A DNA stretch of 64,000 bases from positions 1,674,001 through 1,738,000 of the forward strand of contig AP026124.1 in assembly GCA_030295235.1 (NCBI GenBank), given 5' to 3'. The position numbers and the translations under genes are program-made. This document shows, in pieces, positions 37,269-51,214 of this stretch. The DNA comes from Fistulifera solaris. Taxonomy: Eukaryota. The notes beneath the pieces are model-generated. The model was not told the DNA's origin. It saw only the letters and a list, made by a program, of their open reading frames with translations, and made no database searches. Each line of letters starts with the position of its first letter. Position 1 is the first letter of the stretch.

Positions 37269-37795
37269 TTTTCTATCGAATGGAAAAGGATTCGAAGCGT
37301 TTATTATCAAATGGGACAGTAATTTGCTTTGCAAGTATGCTTGCTGGTCGCTTTCTTCAGAAGTACCGGTAAAGGAAGGAATAGGGTATACCTCGGCAAG
37401 CAAAAGTTATTTCTCAAAAGGCTACCTAGCACCTAGCTATTTTCCTTTTCCTCACAATTTGATTCACCGGTTAAGATAACTGCTTATAGTTCGATTCTGC
37501 TTTTTAGTATTTGTTTCGAAGATTACAACTTATATGAAATAGCATAGAGGAAGAGGTTCATCTCTTTTGCTTGTTACTGGATGCGATAACGATAGCCCGT
37601 GACTCATCCAAGCATGAATGTGCCAGCGTTCGCCACGTACCGTGTCTGGTACCAACGAATGACGAGCGACGCACCTTCGTTTTCCTTGCATTCTTGCATT
37701 GAAAAGGGCTGTCGAGGCGAGGGGGATAAAAAGGTAAAGCAATTTTAAACTAACCAAAGAATACAACTCTTGTTGAACTCTTGCAACATGCAACG

Positions 37796-40700
37796 ATGAT
37801 TCCACGCTCTTTTCATGTCTTACCAGTGTATGTTTTCTTCATAATACTTCGATGGTCCTCAACAACCGTACAAAGTCTTCTGTTTCAGTCTAATCAACGA
37901 CACCCGTTCACTTGTCGACGCCATCATACTTCCACTATTGTGTTATGCAGTAACAACTCAAACCTATTAGAAACGAGAGACGATGCTACCGAATCTTTCT
38001 TGCTGGATGTCGAAGAGGATCAAAATTATTTTCCACGAAATTCTGCTTGGTTGGAGGAGGCAACTTTGTCGTTGCTCAATGAAGATCTCTATCCCATCGG
38101 AGAGCTTTCGGAGGAAGACGTTGTGACCATAACAACTCTCATGGCGGCTTGGTCGAAACGAAAGTCGGTGGATGCTGCTATCACCGTCGAACGCTTACTA
38201 AAGCGCGTTGTGGACGACATGCAAGTGGGGAACTCGGTCGTGCAAGTCACGACGCGATTCTATGTATATGTAAGTCCACAATGAGTGAACGGGTATTTCT
38301 TGGCAGCAATCGAGCCGATATATCTAAAAAATTGTGTTGCTTGCATCCCTAGGCGATCGATGCGTGGTCACGCTCTGGTGCAGAGGGCTCGGCGCAAAGA
38401 GCTCAACAAATTCACGATGCCATGATACAAACATGCCACGCAACAGACAATCCGCTTATAGCACCTTCCACAATTAGTTACAACAGTGTCATGAATGCAT
38501 GGAGTAAGTCAAACGATCCAACGGCTGCAGAAAAAGCGGAGGATTTGTTGATGGAGCTCGTAGATTCGTATCGAAACGGCAACAACGAATTGAAACCAGA
38601 TGCTATCAGTTTCGCGACCGTTTTACATGCTTACGCCAAATCACAACTTCGGGAACGGGTCGCTAGAAGCGAATCCCTTTTGAAATGATAGACACCTTGG
38701 GAATGCCTCCGAATCCGTATGCGTACTCAGCATTGCAAAGATGTACGCCCGTGCGGGAACGCATGATGCTCCACAGAAAGCTTTCGAAGTGCTAGATCGC
38801 ATGAATGAACTATATCGAGCGGGCAATCTCAGTATGAAGCCTTCTACAATCAATTACAATGAGGTTTTAAATTCATTGTCTCGGACCCCCAGTCGGAAAT
38901 CAGCAGAAATGGCGGATCGACTGTTGATGAAGATGGAGCTCCCGGTGGAACAAGGCGGATACGATGTTGAACCCGACCGTTTGTCGTACGCCGTTGCAAT
39001 CCTTGCTTGTGCCAGATGTCCCGACGAAGCTTTTGCCGCACAAGCTGCAGAAGCCAATTTAAGAAAGTTAGAAGCTCGCGCGAGACGAGAGGACCAGCGA
39101 CGGCGTGAAATCTCGAGTGCTGCGCCTCCCGCCGTAACCCTGGATATTGAATCGTTTAACGTTGTTCTGACGGCAATTTCAAAATGCCGAGAACCAGATG
39201 CACCTGAGCGAGTTCTGGATATTATTCAGCGAATGGAACAGTACGCGGCCGACGGCAATGAGTCGCTGCGACCTAATCTCAGAAGTTGGAACGCTGTTTT
39301 GAACGCTTTTGCGCGAGCCACAAAACGGCAAGACAGGAATTTTGCTGACGAATCTCAGCGTATTTTAGAGAGATTGCTTTTTCAAAGTAAAAAGGGACAA
39401 AGCTCTATCAAACCCAACGCATACACGTTCGCTGCTGTTCTCAATGCTCAGCAGCGATCTGGTGATCCCGATGCCGCAGAACGTGCCGATTGTATTGTTC
39501 GGCAAATGGAAGAGTTATATGAATCGGATGATCTTGAAGCACGTCCTGATGTTTTCCATTATACCATACTTCTTAGTGCATGGGCTAGGTCGGGGTCCCC
39601 GCGTGCTGCCGACCGATGTTTGCAAATTCTAACTCACATGTACGAGCGAAGTAACGTGGGGATCGATAATGTGAAGCCAAATGTTCGAACATACAATGCG
39701 GTTCTTGATTGTTTGTCTAAGTCACGCAAAGAAGATATTGCTGAGCAGTTGTTGTATCACATGCTGGATTTATTTCGAAGGGGGGATCACGCATCAAAAC
39801 CCGATGCATTTTCCTTCAACTGCGTTATTCAAGCATTCGCGAAGTCCGGTGCGAGAGGCAGTGGTAAAAGAGCAGAAGCTGTTCTCGATCGTTTTCTCGA
39901 ATTCCAAGAAGAAAATCCTTCCGTGGGACCAGATACGCGCGCGTTCAGGTATATAATGTCTCATTACAGCCGAAGCTCAAACATGGACGCACCCTACCGC
40001 GCTGAATATGTGCTGAACCGGATGATTTCACTCTACAAATCAGGACATAGACATTTAGAGCCATCATTGTCGATGTTCACGACAGTAATGGATGGCTACT
40101 CGTATGCTAACCATCCAGATGCTGGAAACAACGCCGAACGTCTTCTTCGACTAATTCGAGAGTTACAAAGAAGTTATGGTTGTTCCCATTTGGTCGCCCA
40201 CACAGCTCTGATGAACAGTGTCCTTATGGCTTATGCGACATCGGCTGCAAAGGATGAACAAGCTGGTTTTCGTGCAGAAGAGTTATTACTAGACATGGAA
40301 AGAAGTTACGCCGCGGGGGACGCGTCACTCCAACCTGATACTAAAAGCTATGGATTGGTTTTGTCCGCGTGGTCCAAATCTTGCAGTTCGCACAAAGCTC
40401 GCAGAGCACTCCAGCTCCTTAGACGTATGGAACAAGCCCAAAGAGAAGGAAACGATCGGGTTAAAGTAGATGAGCATGCATATTCTCTCGTAATCAACAC
40501 TTGCGCATTTTGCAATGACGCAGTTGACGTCGAAATCGATGCATTTGAAATTGCCTCAAAGATTTTTGACGAGATGCTGTCTTCCTCAGACAACAGCCCA
40601 TCTAGTCTAACATACGGCTGGTTCATTCAGGCATGTGGGCGGCTGCGTGTGTCGAAAGATGACAGTGCAAAGGCAATTAAAAAAGCTTTTAAACGATGCT

Positions 40701-40873
40701 GTGATGATGGCCTTTTGAATGACTTCGTATTCCATAGGTTGAAAGGCGCTGCATCGGATGAGGTTTTCTTGTCGCTACTAAGTGGGCCGGCTCTGAGTAA
40801 TCTAAAAGACGCAAGAAAGCAAAATGTTTCAATTCATCAGCTACCGTTTGATTGGCGAAGAAACTGCAAATAA
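37796..40873 (+). CDS. Pentatricopeptide repeat (PPR) protein, diatom type, probably plastid-targeted
   Basis: Many P.T.SYN.V.NAWSKS....A..AE.LL..M repeats; signal peptide; intron 38270-38352; indel at about 38685. Confidence 0.9.
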
Positions 40874-40898
40874 TGTCACAAAGGCGCTGTCATGGGAT

Positions 40899-43800
40899 TT
40901 AATTAATCCTGATTGTCCGGACGTTTTCATCCATCTGTAAGCCCATGTCATTCCACGATGACAAGAGGAGGTAATTCAAAAGTTTTTGCACGGCGAAGAC
41001 CAGGCGACTTCTTGTGCTCGCATCATATTTCCCTTCGCGTTCCATTACCTCTACGGCAATCGTATGATCAGAATGTTCTGTAAGAATCAGAAACACATTT
41101 TCACTCCGACAGTAAAATAGTTTTCGTGCCAGCCCTAGAGACCATGAAGGAGAAAATGCAGGCTCTCTCTCCAAGCGAGAACAATAACGAGTCCACTCTC
41201 CAAGAACGTTTCCGTTGCAAATCATTTTGATTCTTTCCAAGTCAAAACTTGATTTTAAAATATCTGAAACGGGCTTCACGACACAGAACCTAATGAGCTC
41301 TTCAATTTCACTTATTATTGGGGCTCCAGCTTTCGTCATGCCCGATAATTTTGTCCATAAATTGTCTCGATACAAAAGTCTCGCAGCCATCCGCAGCTCT
41401 CGATATGCGAGACCAGCAGCTTCCACTGCTATATTGTCAATTATCGTTATTGCAATGTTCGAACCGGGTCGAAACATGAATTCATGAAGATTTCTGCCCT
41501 GTGTACGACACAGGATGATTAGGCCAAAGCTATCCGTCGATGAGGGATTGTGAGTTATTGAGCAAAGAGAGAATGTTCCGTTCACGAGGATTTCCGTCTT
41601 GAAGCACAAACCGTTTTCTCCGCATCGCAAAATATTTGTGTTGTTGGAGGTGGAAGAAAGCCACTGGAATAATGTGGAAGCATCGTATCTTGATAGTGAC
41701 GGATCGCAGAAAGATGTCAGGACTATCTGGGTAGAGAAAGCCCTAAAACTTGATCTTAGTACCAATCTTTGATCAGCTAATGCACGGTGAAAAATCAAGT
41801 CTTGTAGCAACTTGAAAGCGTCCTCGTACTCAAGGGGTCCGTCCACTGATTTCAATGCTCTCTCGGCAACCGAGGCTGCGTGATCAAAAAGAGCCTTGTC
41901 CAATCGGAGCTTTTGCTTGGAGTGAAATAATAAAATGTCCATCCCAGTTGCATCTTTTTCTCGCATTGCGCTAGAAGAATATCTTCTTTTTTTCGTTTGA
42001 TCCCAACGGTCTCTCTCCTTTCGACGGCGAGGCAATAGAAGGAGAAAAGATTCGGCCGAAAGCATGGAAGATGTAAATGACAGGATCGAAAGTCTCGTAA
42101 CGCAAATGCACTTGGCCGACGTCACTGATCTTGATTCTGAGGAAATGACCGTTCTGTCCGACGAGTTACCATTGTTCTGGAGCGGCATGACCATGAATCC
42201 ATCAACCAAAGATGTTGTCACCTGGGCAAAGGAGACAATAAACGAGGGCCTGAGTGCAGAAGGAATTGGGAGCATTTCTGAGACAAGTGCCACGCCACAA
42301 CTATTCTCTTGGAGCAACGACCACGCGCTAGCCAATGACACATCCTTCTTTGGTGCCAAATGCCAAACAGCTGAATTCGCTGCCTTGGTCGTTCTGGCTT
42401 GTTCAGTGTGTGCGCGAGTCTGTCCAGAGTTGGCTAAGCTACTATATTGTTTTTGGATGCTAGCTTCCTGTGGATCAACGTAGTTTGTTCGAGTCGTCTG
42501 TATGGCTACGTTTGGAGTAACGCCTTTGAGTAGTGCCACCTGGCCCTTTCGTGTCTGTGTAGGCTGCCTCTGAACATTTGTCGTGTTTCCAGAAGGTGTG
42601 CCTTTAAATAAATTTGAGCTAGCTCTAGCCCTTGAAGCGGCTACTGCGTGCAACGCCGACCCCTCAACAGACTTCCCAATCAATTTTGGCTTCCTTATGC
42701 TCGTCGGGCGGCTTATCCGACGCCTTGGTGCCGATTGCGATTCTCCCAAGAGAACATCTGGAGCACCAGATTGACCAGACGAGTTTATTTTGGATTTCTC
42801 CTCTCTGTTGTTGATCTTTGAAAGCTTTCCTGGCTGCTTTGCTGGCTCTTTTGTGCTTCTAGGTGCTAATATCCTGAGTGAATTCCTCTGCAGCGTGTCT
42901 ACCGAGGACCTTGCGACGTTGCTCATCTGGTTCTCTTTAGAAGTTACCCGAGCTGCTATCTTTTCAAACAAACTTGTAGTCCAGTTATAAGCGAGTAGAG
43001 AACGCTTGTTGCGTTTTACGACTAGCACGAAAGCCAGAGATCTTGAAAAGAATAATGGGCTGTTCTCTTTCATTTGTTCAAGAGCAGCAACAACAAGGTC
43101 CGACTTCGCACCTTTGTCACTTATGGCTACCTCTTCAAAAAGCTTGGGTGGACCTTTTTCATGTTGACGAAAAAGACAAAATATAATGTATTCAGGACAG
43201 TCTACGGGCTCGTCTTCCTTCGGGCGAATATTCGATAGATTCACCATTTCGGGGGGTTCATTCCGTGACAACCGTATTGTACACAGTTCGAAAAGAAGAT
43301 CATGACCCTGTAGTGTCTCTTTTGACTCCAGTCGCATCTGGTCTAAAATGATTCCATTTGTGAGCTCGAAAGCAAACTTGGCGACATTCGATGCCCGTAG
43401 ATCTGCTGCATCGTATTGGAACTTTAGCACAGCAGGATGCGGTAAATTGTACGACGATTCAAGCATGCTTGTGATGGCAGGTAATCCAGGGCAAAGACAT
43501 TCAATTGCCTCATCTCTTGACAAATCACCCGAAACTCTGTAGTCCAGCGTTTTATCCATGTCTGCACTTCGCTTCCTTCTAAGTAGATTCTCCAGGGTCC
43601 AAGCTGCAAGCCCTTGATTCAAGGTCAACTTGAGCCAATCATGAAGAACCTCCCTCTTCAAAACGGTATCATAGATTTTTATTTGCACGAAAAACTTAGA
43701 TTCCATTCCAACTTTGTCTTCATCACTAGAGAGATCTAGTAAGTCAATCAATCTGATGTCCATTACGTCCACGCTCAATTTATTGTCCAAAGCAGCCGTT

Positions 43801-46800
43801 TCGCCAATGGAGGGTAGCGAAGAAACCTTCTTCCCTTGCTCATTGATCAGAGACACTTCGATCAACCCCACACCCGTTCCTGTCATTCTTGAAAATTCGG
43901 CGCCCTTTTTAGTAAGAGTACTTAAACCCTGAAACTCCGGGTCGAGCTTAGACGAATGGTTGTTGTAGTAGAACATCATATTAGGGACGTCTTCCCCCAC
44001 GCAAGAAGTGTCATCGTTCCCATCTAAGCCCTGAAAGAAGATGGAATCAGGTGCTAGTAATTGTTGGAAGAAAGTAGATCCGCAAATATTTTGCTTGAAG
44101 TACAAAGGACCATTCCAGGATCGACAGCAAGCTTCGGAAAAGCGTACTTTTTGACCCTGGGCGACGACAATCGCGATGTTTCGTCCCCGTCATCAAGTCG
44201 GCTCCAAATTTCTTCAAATGTCAAAACGAAGTTGATGTCAACCTGTTTCCAAAGATATCGTGGATTTTTCGTGAGAACACTTGAAAGCATTTCCACTGCT
44301 ATGCCATAAAGCTTCTTTTGAAGTAGTTCTCGCAACTGCTTAGTGATGGAAGGTCCAGGTTGATCAATACCGTGAACAAGAAGCTCAATTTCTCCGTCGG
44401 GTTCAATGCCTCCGCCACGAGCGGATAACATCATGTAGAATATTGAACCTTGTTCATCTTTATATACAAAGACTCTCATACGATTTGAGACTGCGAATAT
44501 ATGAAGAACAGTTGCTTCTAACGTCCTCGCGACCTGCAATGGATTCGTAGCACAGCGATGGAAGAGATCGAAGGTGGTCCTAAACAATATAGGACACTGA
44601 AAAACGCCCGTATCGAAGACGTCTTTTTCTTTCACCACAAAACTACTTTCGCTAGTTGCCACAGAATCCGGTGGAATAAGGAGAATGCTAGCGCTTTTGG
44701 AAGCATGCAAACGTTCCAGAAGCAAGATTTGGTTCGTGCGGTGAGCGCACTGCGATACAAGCTCTTGTATTCTTTGCATTATTCTCAAACTCTCTTCTTC
44801 GCCGTCAGGATGGTGAACCTCGACGACAACCAAACCGCGGGATCGCCGAATACTAAGAAAACAAAAGTATGGAAGTGATGTTAACTCTGAGTGGTTCAGA
44901 ACAACAAAGCTGTAGCCATCGTCAAAAGCCTTCAAAGACACTAGCTTGTTGACAGCGAATTGATCTGATAAAAGTTGGAAGGATCCTTCAAAAGTCAGAT
45001 CATCTCTCGCTGCCGAGGATGCTGGAACCATTAAGTCTAACTTTGAAACGTAAAAGTACAAATCAACAGTCGACGCTACCGAATGGCGTGCTTGTCTGAG
45101 GCAAAGCCGGGCGAGTCGTAGATCGGCGTCTCCAATTGCAGAGCCTTGCCTGCGGAGTCTTCCGAGATGTTGCTCCGCTAAATTGCCGAATCAGAATGTA
45201 TAAGTAATGGGCTAAGATGAACAAATTGATTTTTTTACCACTTACCAACGTGGGCATTCAACAGCAAGGCGAGATCGGATGCCGCCGACACATGCGACGG
45301 AGGGAGCTCTCTTACTTGACGCTTACTTGCTTTCTCTGGGTCTTCCGTGTAAAGGGAAAGCATAACGGCAATACTCGTGCCTCGCTTAACAGCTTTCAGG
45401 TCCTGAACGGATGCGATCTTGTCATCTACTAAAATTCTTGCAAACAGAGGAACGGGTCGTACACCACCGTGGTATCCACTTTCACCAATGGAACTCGAAG
45501 ATACGCTTATGGCAGACGAGCTATCCAATGATTCCCCGTCAACGATGGATCGAAAAACAACATCTTCTTCCTCTATGTTTTTTACAACGTTACGGTCGTC
45601 TCCGTCATCATTGTTGTCGAATGGCTCAATTGGCGTTGGGTCACCGTCTTCGTCATGACTCGCAAGCATGTTTCTGAGTGGACTGGGATGATAAGCGAAA
45701 CATAATTGGTCGCCAGGGACAGGTTCTAAAGACGAGGAAAGAATTTCGAACAGCTTCGACTCGACGCCTCCTCCTTCGTCCAGTATTTCAACCCTTACTA
45801 CTTCAACAAAGCTTAGCTCGTTGAGAACTTGAATGAAATCACTCGGTGCGAAACAGAATGGTTCATTGCGTAAAGTGCTATCTAAGGCAGCCAAATACGC
45901 GGAACTCGCGTAGTTTCGCCTATGGCCACGATCCAGAGAATCGGTAAAATCAGTGACGCACATATGCTCCGTGATGTGATCGTCGTCGATACCATCCTCA
46001 ACGACATCGTCGCGTCGACTATAGAGCTGAAACGAAGTAATAAGTTGCAGGCCTTTTCAATTCAGATTCAAAAGGGACGCCGGTATGGCTGCACTTACGT
46101 CTCCAACGCCAATGGTGAAAAATGCCATGTCGATGTGCGTGGTAGATACGTCAGCCACATTTGTAGTGACTTGCTCTTGCGGCAAATGGACTATGCTAAG
46201 AGTATTTTTGTCATATTCAACCAAAAACCAATCACCTGATCCTTGACCGTCCATCGCAAAGCTGGGATCAATTTCCAGCTTCGCGACTCTTGGACCGAAA
46301 ACTTGAGACAAAAGCATTTGTTCCGTCAACCTCCTAAGATGCTCGTTAGCTGTTGTTTCCATATCATGGAAAAATCGCATTCGTAGGAAAGAGTGTGATG
46401 CGTACCCAAGCAATCTTTGTACAAATGCTGTTTGAAGTGGTGATATATCACTGAATTCATTACTTTCGTTTGACAATTGCAGCAGTGCCCTTCGACTTTG
46501 CAAAGCTAAAGCGCACTCTTGATCCCTTTTCCCCAGAGTTTGAACTAATCGGTAAAATTCAGAAAGAGGCGAGGGAATGAACAAAGAAGACCGGGAAAAT
46601 TGGCCGCTTTCGCTTTCAATGTGGAAGTCGACAACAACTTTGTCGGCAAGTATAGAGAGCTGGTATTGAACAAGAGTTCCCGGCTCATTCCTTGCGTCTG
46701 ACTTGTGAACAATTTTGGCAAGAAGCGCGTACTTGTCGCACGAATCCAACAGAAGAAAGTTGCCTATTTCTGTCCTTCGCTTTATGAGCAGAGGAAGAAG

Positions 46801-49208
46801 CTCCGGGTCCGTTACAAGGTCCCAAGTGGAGTGGTCGCAGTATTTCTCTACCATCAACTCATTAGTAGTTCTCTGGTCGGTTCCGAAGTGATGATTTTTC
46901 GTGCTCACTAGAAACTTCCCCATTTGTACTCTGAGAACGCGCACATGGCTAAGTTTTCCCAAAAGCTTCTTCAACGAAAACACGCAGGAGAGCCGATCAC
47001 TGGCCCCGCACCCACCTATAGTGTTGACTGTGACAGTCCAGATTCTTCCCGCGATAGGAGACCGGGCGATTTTCACTACACAATACGCTGGAAGAGACTG
47101 ATTCTTGGATATTGTCTGTTTGACGAAGCATTCTCGCCTCTTTATACACTGCGAAGACCACACTTCGAGTGCTTCAATCAGTTGCTCGGATCCGTCGTCC
47201 TGGTCTCGAAAATCACTCAAAAAATCATGCTCCCCAACATCGTATGGCATATTTCCGACACACACACAATCGAATTCATCCAGGCGAAAATGGCGTCTTT
47301 CTTGCAATGAACTAAGAGTCCCGAGCCGTTTCACAAATGGACTCTCGGGTGACTTCAGCTGATCACCCCACCGGACCGGTGTTAGCGATGACAGCAGCGT
47401 ATCTTCTTTCCGCATCCAGCGCAACAGCTTGCATATGCGGTCAGACACTTGCTGGTCGCTGCTCTTGGGAGAACCGAAATTCCCGTGAACAAAATCTCTC
47501 TTGACCAGTTGGATCAGTGACGGATTCCCCAACAGTTCAATTTTCACGTGCGCAAAGCCCATCATGTTGTTTAGTCCTACCAGGGACTTGTAGGCTACTT
47601 CGTAATACAAAATGACACTGGCATCCAATCCGAGAGTAAATTGGATCGAAACCTTCCCCGGATCCATAGTGCTTTGGCCATACTGTTTCACACGATAGCC
47701 TTCTCGGACTCTCAACATGATAAGACCTTTGATGGGAACCGGGTTAATAATATAACTCGAAAGCATGGTCCTTATGTGAGTGTTCGTTAGACTCGATTTG
47801 TCAACTTCACCACCGAAGACACGTCCCTCGGGCACCGACAGAGTTTTGACGGGGGCATCCGAAAAGTGCGTTTTGTCACGGATCGAGGGAGCGACACCCA
47901 GAGTCGGATGCGGACGGGGGGTGAGATGTGACAGACCAAAAATCGTGTACCACTGGACCGCATTCGACTGTAACGTATGCTGTGGAGACGAAAAGAAATG
48001 ATCCGCATAAAATGGTGAATTGGCATTGACATTTCCCACAAATGTGCGAGTACCTTCCTCCAGAAGGTTCGCATCCCAAAAAACACCCCCACTCGCTCGG
48101 CAAACCGATTTCAAAGCTTCTCTATCATCAGATAGATGCAGCGGATACGTGCCGCCCAGTGGATCGGCCGTAAGCAGCGTAAAGGCGGATAAATCGGTAG
48201 TATCTCCCAAAGTAGTAGCCACCGCAGCAGATCTTCCCGAAAGATCCAAGACCGAAATCGGTAGATCCGCACGATCCTTCTCCCACAACAAGTCCCCGGT
48301 GCTATCACAATCGATTGCCGAACCATCTGTCGCAATGACGACCGCCGGTCGCGCGGACGACGAAAGATTCTCCAAGCAAACATCGGCCGCATCGAGGATA
48401 TCCCGCAACGATGAAGAATGAAAGGGCATGGACCAGACATCGTACGAATTTCTTCCCGACACATTGTTGCGATACAGCAAACGCTCCGCCAGGGCCGATT
48501 CAATTTCGTGAAGTGCCCACTCTTTGATTTTTTTGCGACAATAGCTCCGCCGATGGTCGATCGGTGACACGAAAGTCTCTAACGAGCAAATGAATATCGG
48601 GTTCTTGTGACGGAAAGACGGCAATGACACTGACCGCGATTTCCGGTTTCCAGATCGTATCGTCCATTCCTGTGACGGGCTGTATCAATGCCGTAAAATA
48701 CAGTCGCACCAGGTCCGCCAATCGATCGAGGGGACACACACTGTGCGCGGTAATAGTACTTCCGAACGTAGTCGTCAAGGTGGCCTTGGCATCCAAACAA
48801 AAAAGCAATACGGGTCAATTCGTACGCAAAATACACGCGCGATGCCGGAATGAGTCGTAATGGTAGTACAGGTGGTTGATGACAAAAGAATTGTTTTTGT
48901 TGCAGAACGGTCTGAGCCATGGCGTGGAATCGGAGCAACGATCGTTGGAGGGCCCTGGTTTCCTTGCGTGACAATCCCGTCGTCGGCACACATTCCAAGA
49001 GCCGCACTACGCCACAAACCGATTCGCGGGTAAGACCCTCTTGTGTCGACGGATGATCTTCGGAATGAACCGTCACCACATCGAAATGATAACAAACACG
49101 TTCCGCGAGGCCGTATTTGATCCAGTCACTCAAGAGTATAACGACATGCAATGCCGGACTGCGAATTGTTACGAGTGATGGGAGCTTTCCGTCATGGATT
49201 TTGGTCAT
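40899..49208 (-). CDS. SZT2-like giant protein (KICSTOR scaffold homolog); introns 46098-46027 and 45245-45178, plus several indels
   Basis: About 2700 aa across chained ORFs; vWA-like N-terminal region (RIAFCLDA..., AVVIATDG); LIMLRVREGYRV; VLHIFAVSNRMRVFVYKDEQGSIFYM; IELLVHGIDQPGPSITKQL...LSSVLTKNP, all recalled as SZT2-like blocks. Confidence 0.7.
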
Positions 49209-49708
49209 GATTTAACTTGCGTTCGTCTTTTTCTTTTTTAGTAGTAGTATGAGGATGAGGATGACATTTTGGTTTGACAAACAACAAGAGTCTACTAGGA
49301 TCTAGGATAGTACGAAAAATGAAGGAGCGAACGTCGTCTCCTCTGTCGTTCTAAAAGTCAAAAAAGATGCGATGGGCGGTTCGTGATTGACGTCCACATA
49401 CAAGACTCCTTTATCATTCTCCGTTGTTTTCAAAAAAGTTCTGACAGGCGGAAAACAATGACAACCGGGAGAGACGAAGAGGCATAATGCTGGTAATAAC
49501 CCACTTTACGTTCACGTCCTTTTTTTTTAGAATTCTTTGGATGACTGGAAGCTGTCATTTGCGGCAATCAACTCCTCTAAAAACAATACTTTCATTATCA
49601 TTCAGTACCCTGGTAGTACCATCATCCTTCTTGCTCGTGTCGTGAACTTGAGAGAGAAATAATTCATTCACTTTCGAGATATCAAATCATTCATTCATTC
49701 ATTCATTC

Positions 49709-50896
49709 ATGTTGATATTCTTTTCCACAACAATTACCACACTCCGCACGGCCACTCGTTGCTCGTCCATCACTACGCGCCGCAGCATTCATTCTTCGCA
49801 ATTGACGATTGAACGAACCCAAGACACGACACGCTTCGACCAACGACCCCCGAACGAACATCTCCAATTCGGTACGACCCTGTCCGATCATATGCTCTTG
49901 ATCGAATGGCACCAATCGGAACAATGGAGTGCTCCCCGCATTGTACCGTACCAAAATATACAACTCAGTCCAGCGGCGAGTTCGTTGCAATACGGTTTAC
50001 AGTGTTTTGAAGGAATGAAGGCCTACAAGTCATTAGTCGATGATGATTCCTTGCGGATGTTTCGTCCCGACAAAAATATGCAACGACTCGCGCATTCGAT
50101 GGAGCGATTGCAGATGCCCGGGGCAAATTTTGATCACGAAGAATTATTGCGATGCATTGCGGAATTAATCAAAGTCGATGCCAAATGGATACCCTACGGA
50201 GAAGGATATTCGCTCTATTTGCGACCGACCGTCATTGCGACCACGAAAGCATTGGGATTGGCAGCACCAGATTCGATTTTGTTGTACGTCATTACCAGTC
50301 CAGTCGGGCCCTACTACAAGACGGGATTTCAACCAATTCGACTCATGACGAGTACGGACTATGTGCGGGCCTGGCCGGGAGGAACGGGGAATGCCAAAGT
50401 TGGAGGCAACTATGCTCCGACCATGAAACCACAATTCTTGGCAGCTGAGCATGGGTGTTCGCAGATTCTATGGCTCTTTGGGGAAAACGAAGAAATTACC
50501 GAAGTGGGAGCCATGAACGTTTTCTTCTATCTCATCAATGAAGATACACAGCGACTCGAATTGGTCACGGCGCCTTTGACACGAGGAGATATTCTACCGG
50601 GAGTCACACGGGATTCCATTTTGCATTTGGCAAGATCGTGGGGTGATTTTGACGTTTCAGAGCGGTATGTTACTATGGCGGAAATTGCAAAGGCAGCCGA
50701 AGACGGCCGTCTCATCGAAGCTTTTGGAGCCGGTACGGCGGCGGTTGTAACACCCATCTCCAGCATTCGACACAAAGGCAAGGATATCGATATCTCGACT
50801 GAAACGGGAGAACTCACGCGAAGGATTTGGAACGAAATTACTGGCATTCAGTACGGTAAAATAGCCGGTCCACCGGGATGGAGTGTCAAACTTTAA
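49709..50896 (+). CDS. BCAT: Branched-chain amino acid aminotransferase, mitochondrial
   Basis: LQYGLQCFEGMKAY, SLYLRPTVI, VRAWPGGTGNAKVGGNYAP, ITEVGAMNVF, ILPGVTRDS, EAFGAGTAAVVTP; Arg/Thr-rich presequence. Confidence 0.97.
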   Translation: MLIFFSTTITTLRTATRCSSITTRRSIHSSQLTIERTQDTTRFDQRPPNEHLQFGTTLSDHMLLIEWHQSEQWSAPRIVPYQNIQLSPAASSLQYGLQCFEGMKAYKSLVDDDSLRMFRPDKNMQRLAHSMERLQMPGANFDHEELLRCIAELIKVDAKWIPYGEGYSLYLRPTVIATTKALGLAAPDSILLYVITSPVGPYYKTGFQPIRLMTSTDYVRAWPGGTGNAKVGGNYAPTMKPQFLAAEHGCSQILWLFGENEEITEVGAMNVFFYLINEDTQRLELVTAPLTRGDILPGVTRDSILHLARSWGDFDVSERYVTMAEIAKAAEDGRLIEAFGAGTAAVVTPISSIRHKGKDIDISTETGELTRRIWNEITGIQYGKIAGPPGWSVKL

Positions 50897-51214
50897 AAGT
50901 GAATGAATTCATGGTGATATTTGCATGGAAAATTAGAATAAAGTAGAAAGTGATTGTGAATCGAAAACATCTAATCGTCATCGATCACTTAAACCTCCGT
51001 CGATGTTTCAGAGCTTAAAAAGTAGCAACTACCTTATACGGAGTGATAAAGATTCTGTGGCTATTTGCGGGCTTGCAATGCAAGTCACGACTTACTTGTT
51101 GCAGCGTTTGCGGATCGTTCTCTTCCCTTCGTGTTCCAGTTGTAAATTGAGACTCTCCCGAGTTAGATAAATACCTAACCTTTCTTCGCCCAATTAACAT
51201 GATGGGCTATGTGG

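Noticed and set aside
49662..49710. (CATT)n microsatellite upstream of BCAT
   Set aside because: Ordinary short microsatellite with no evidence of function.
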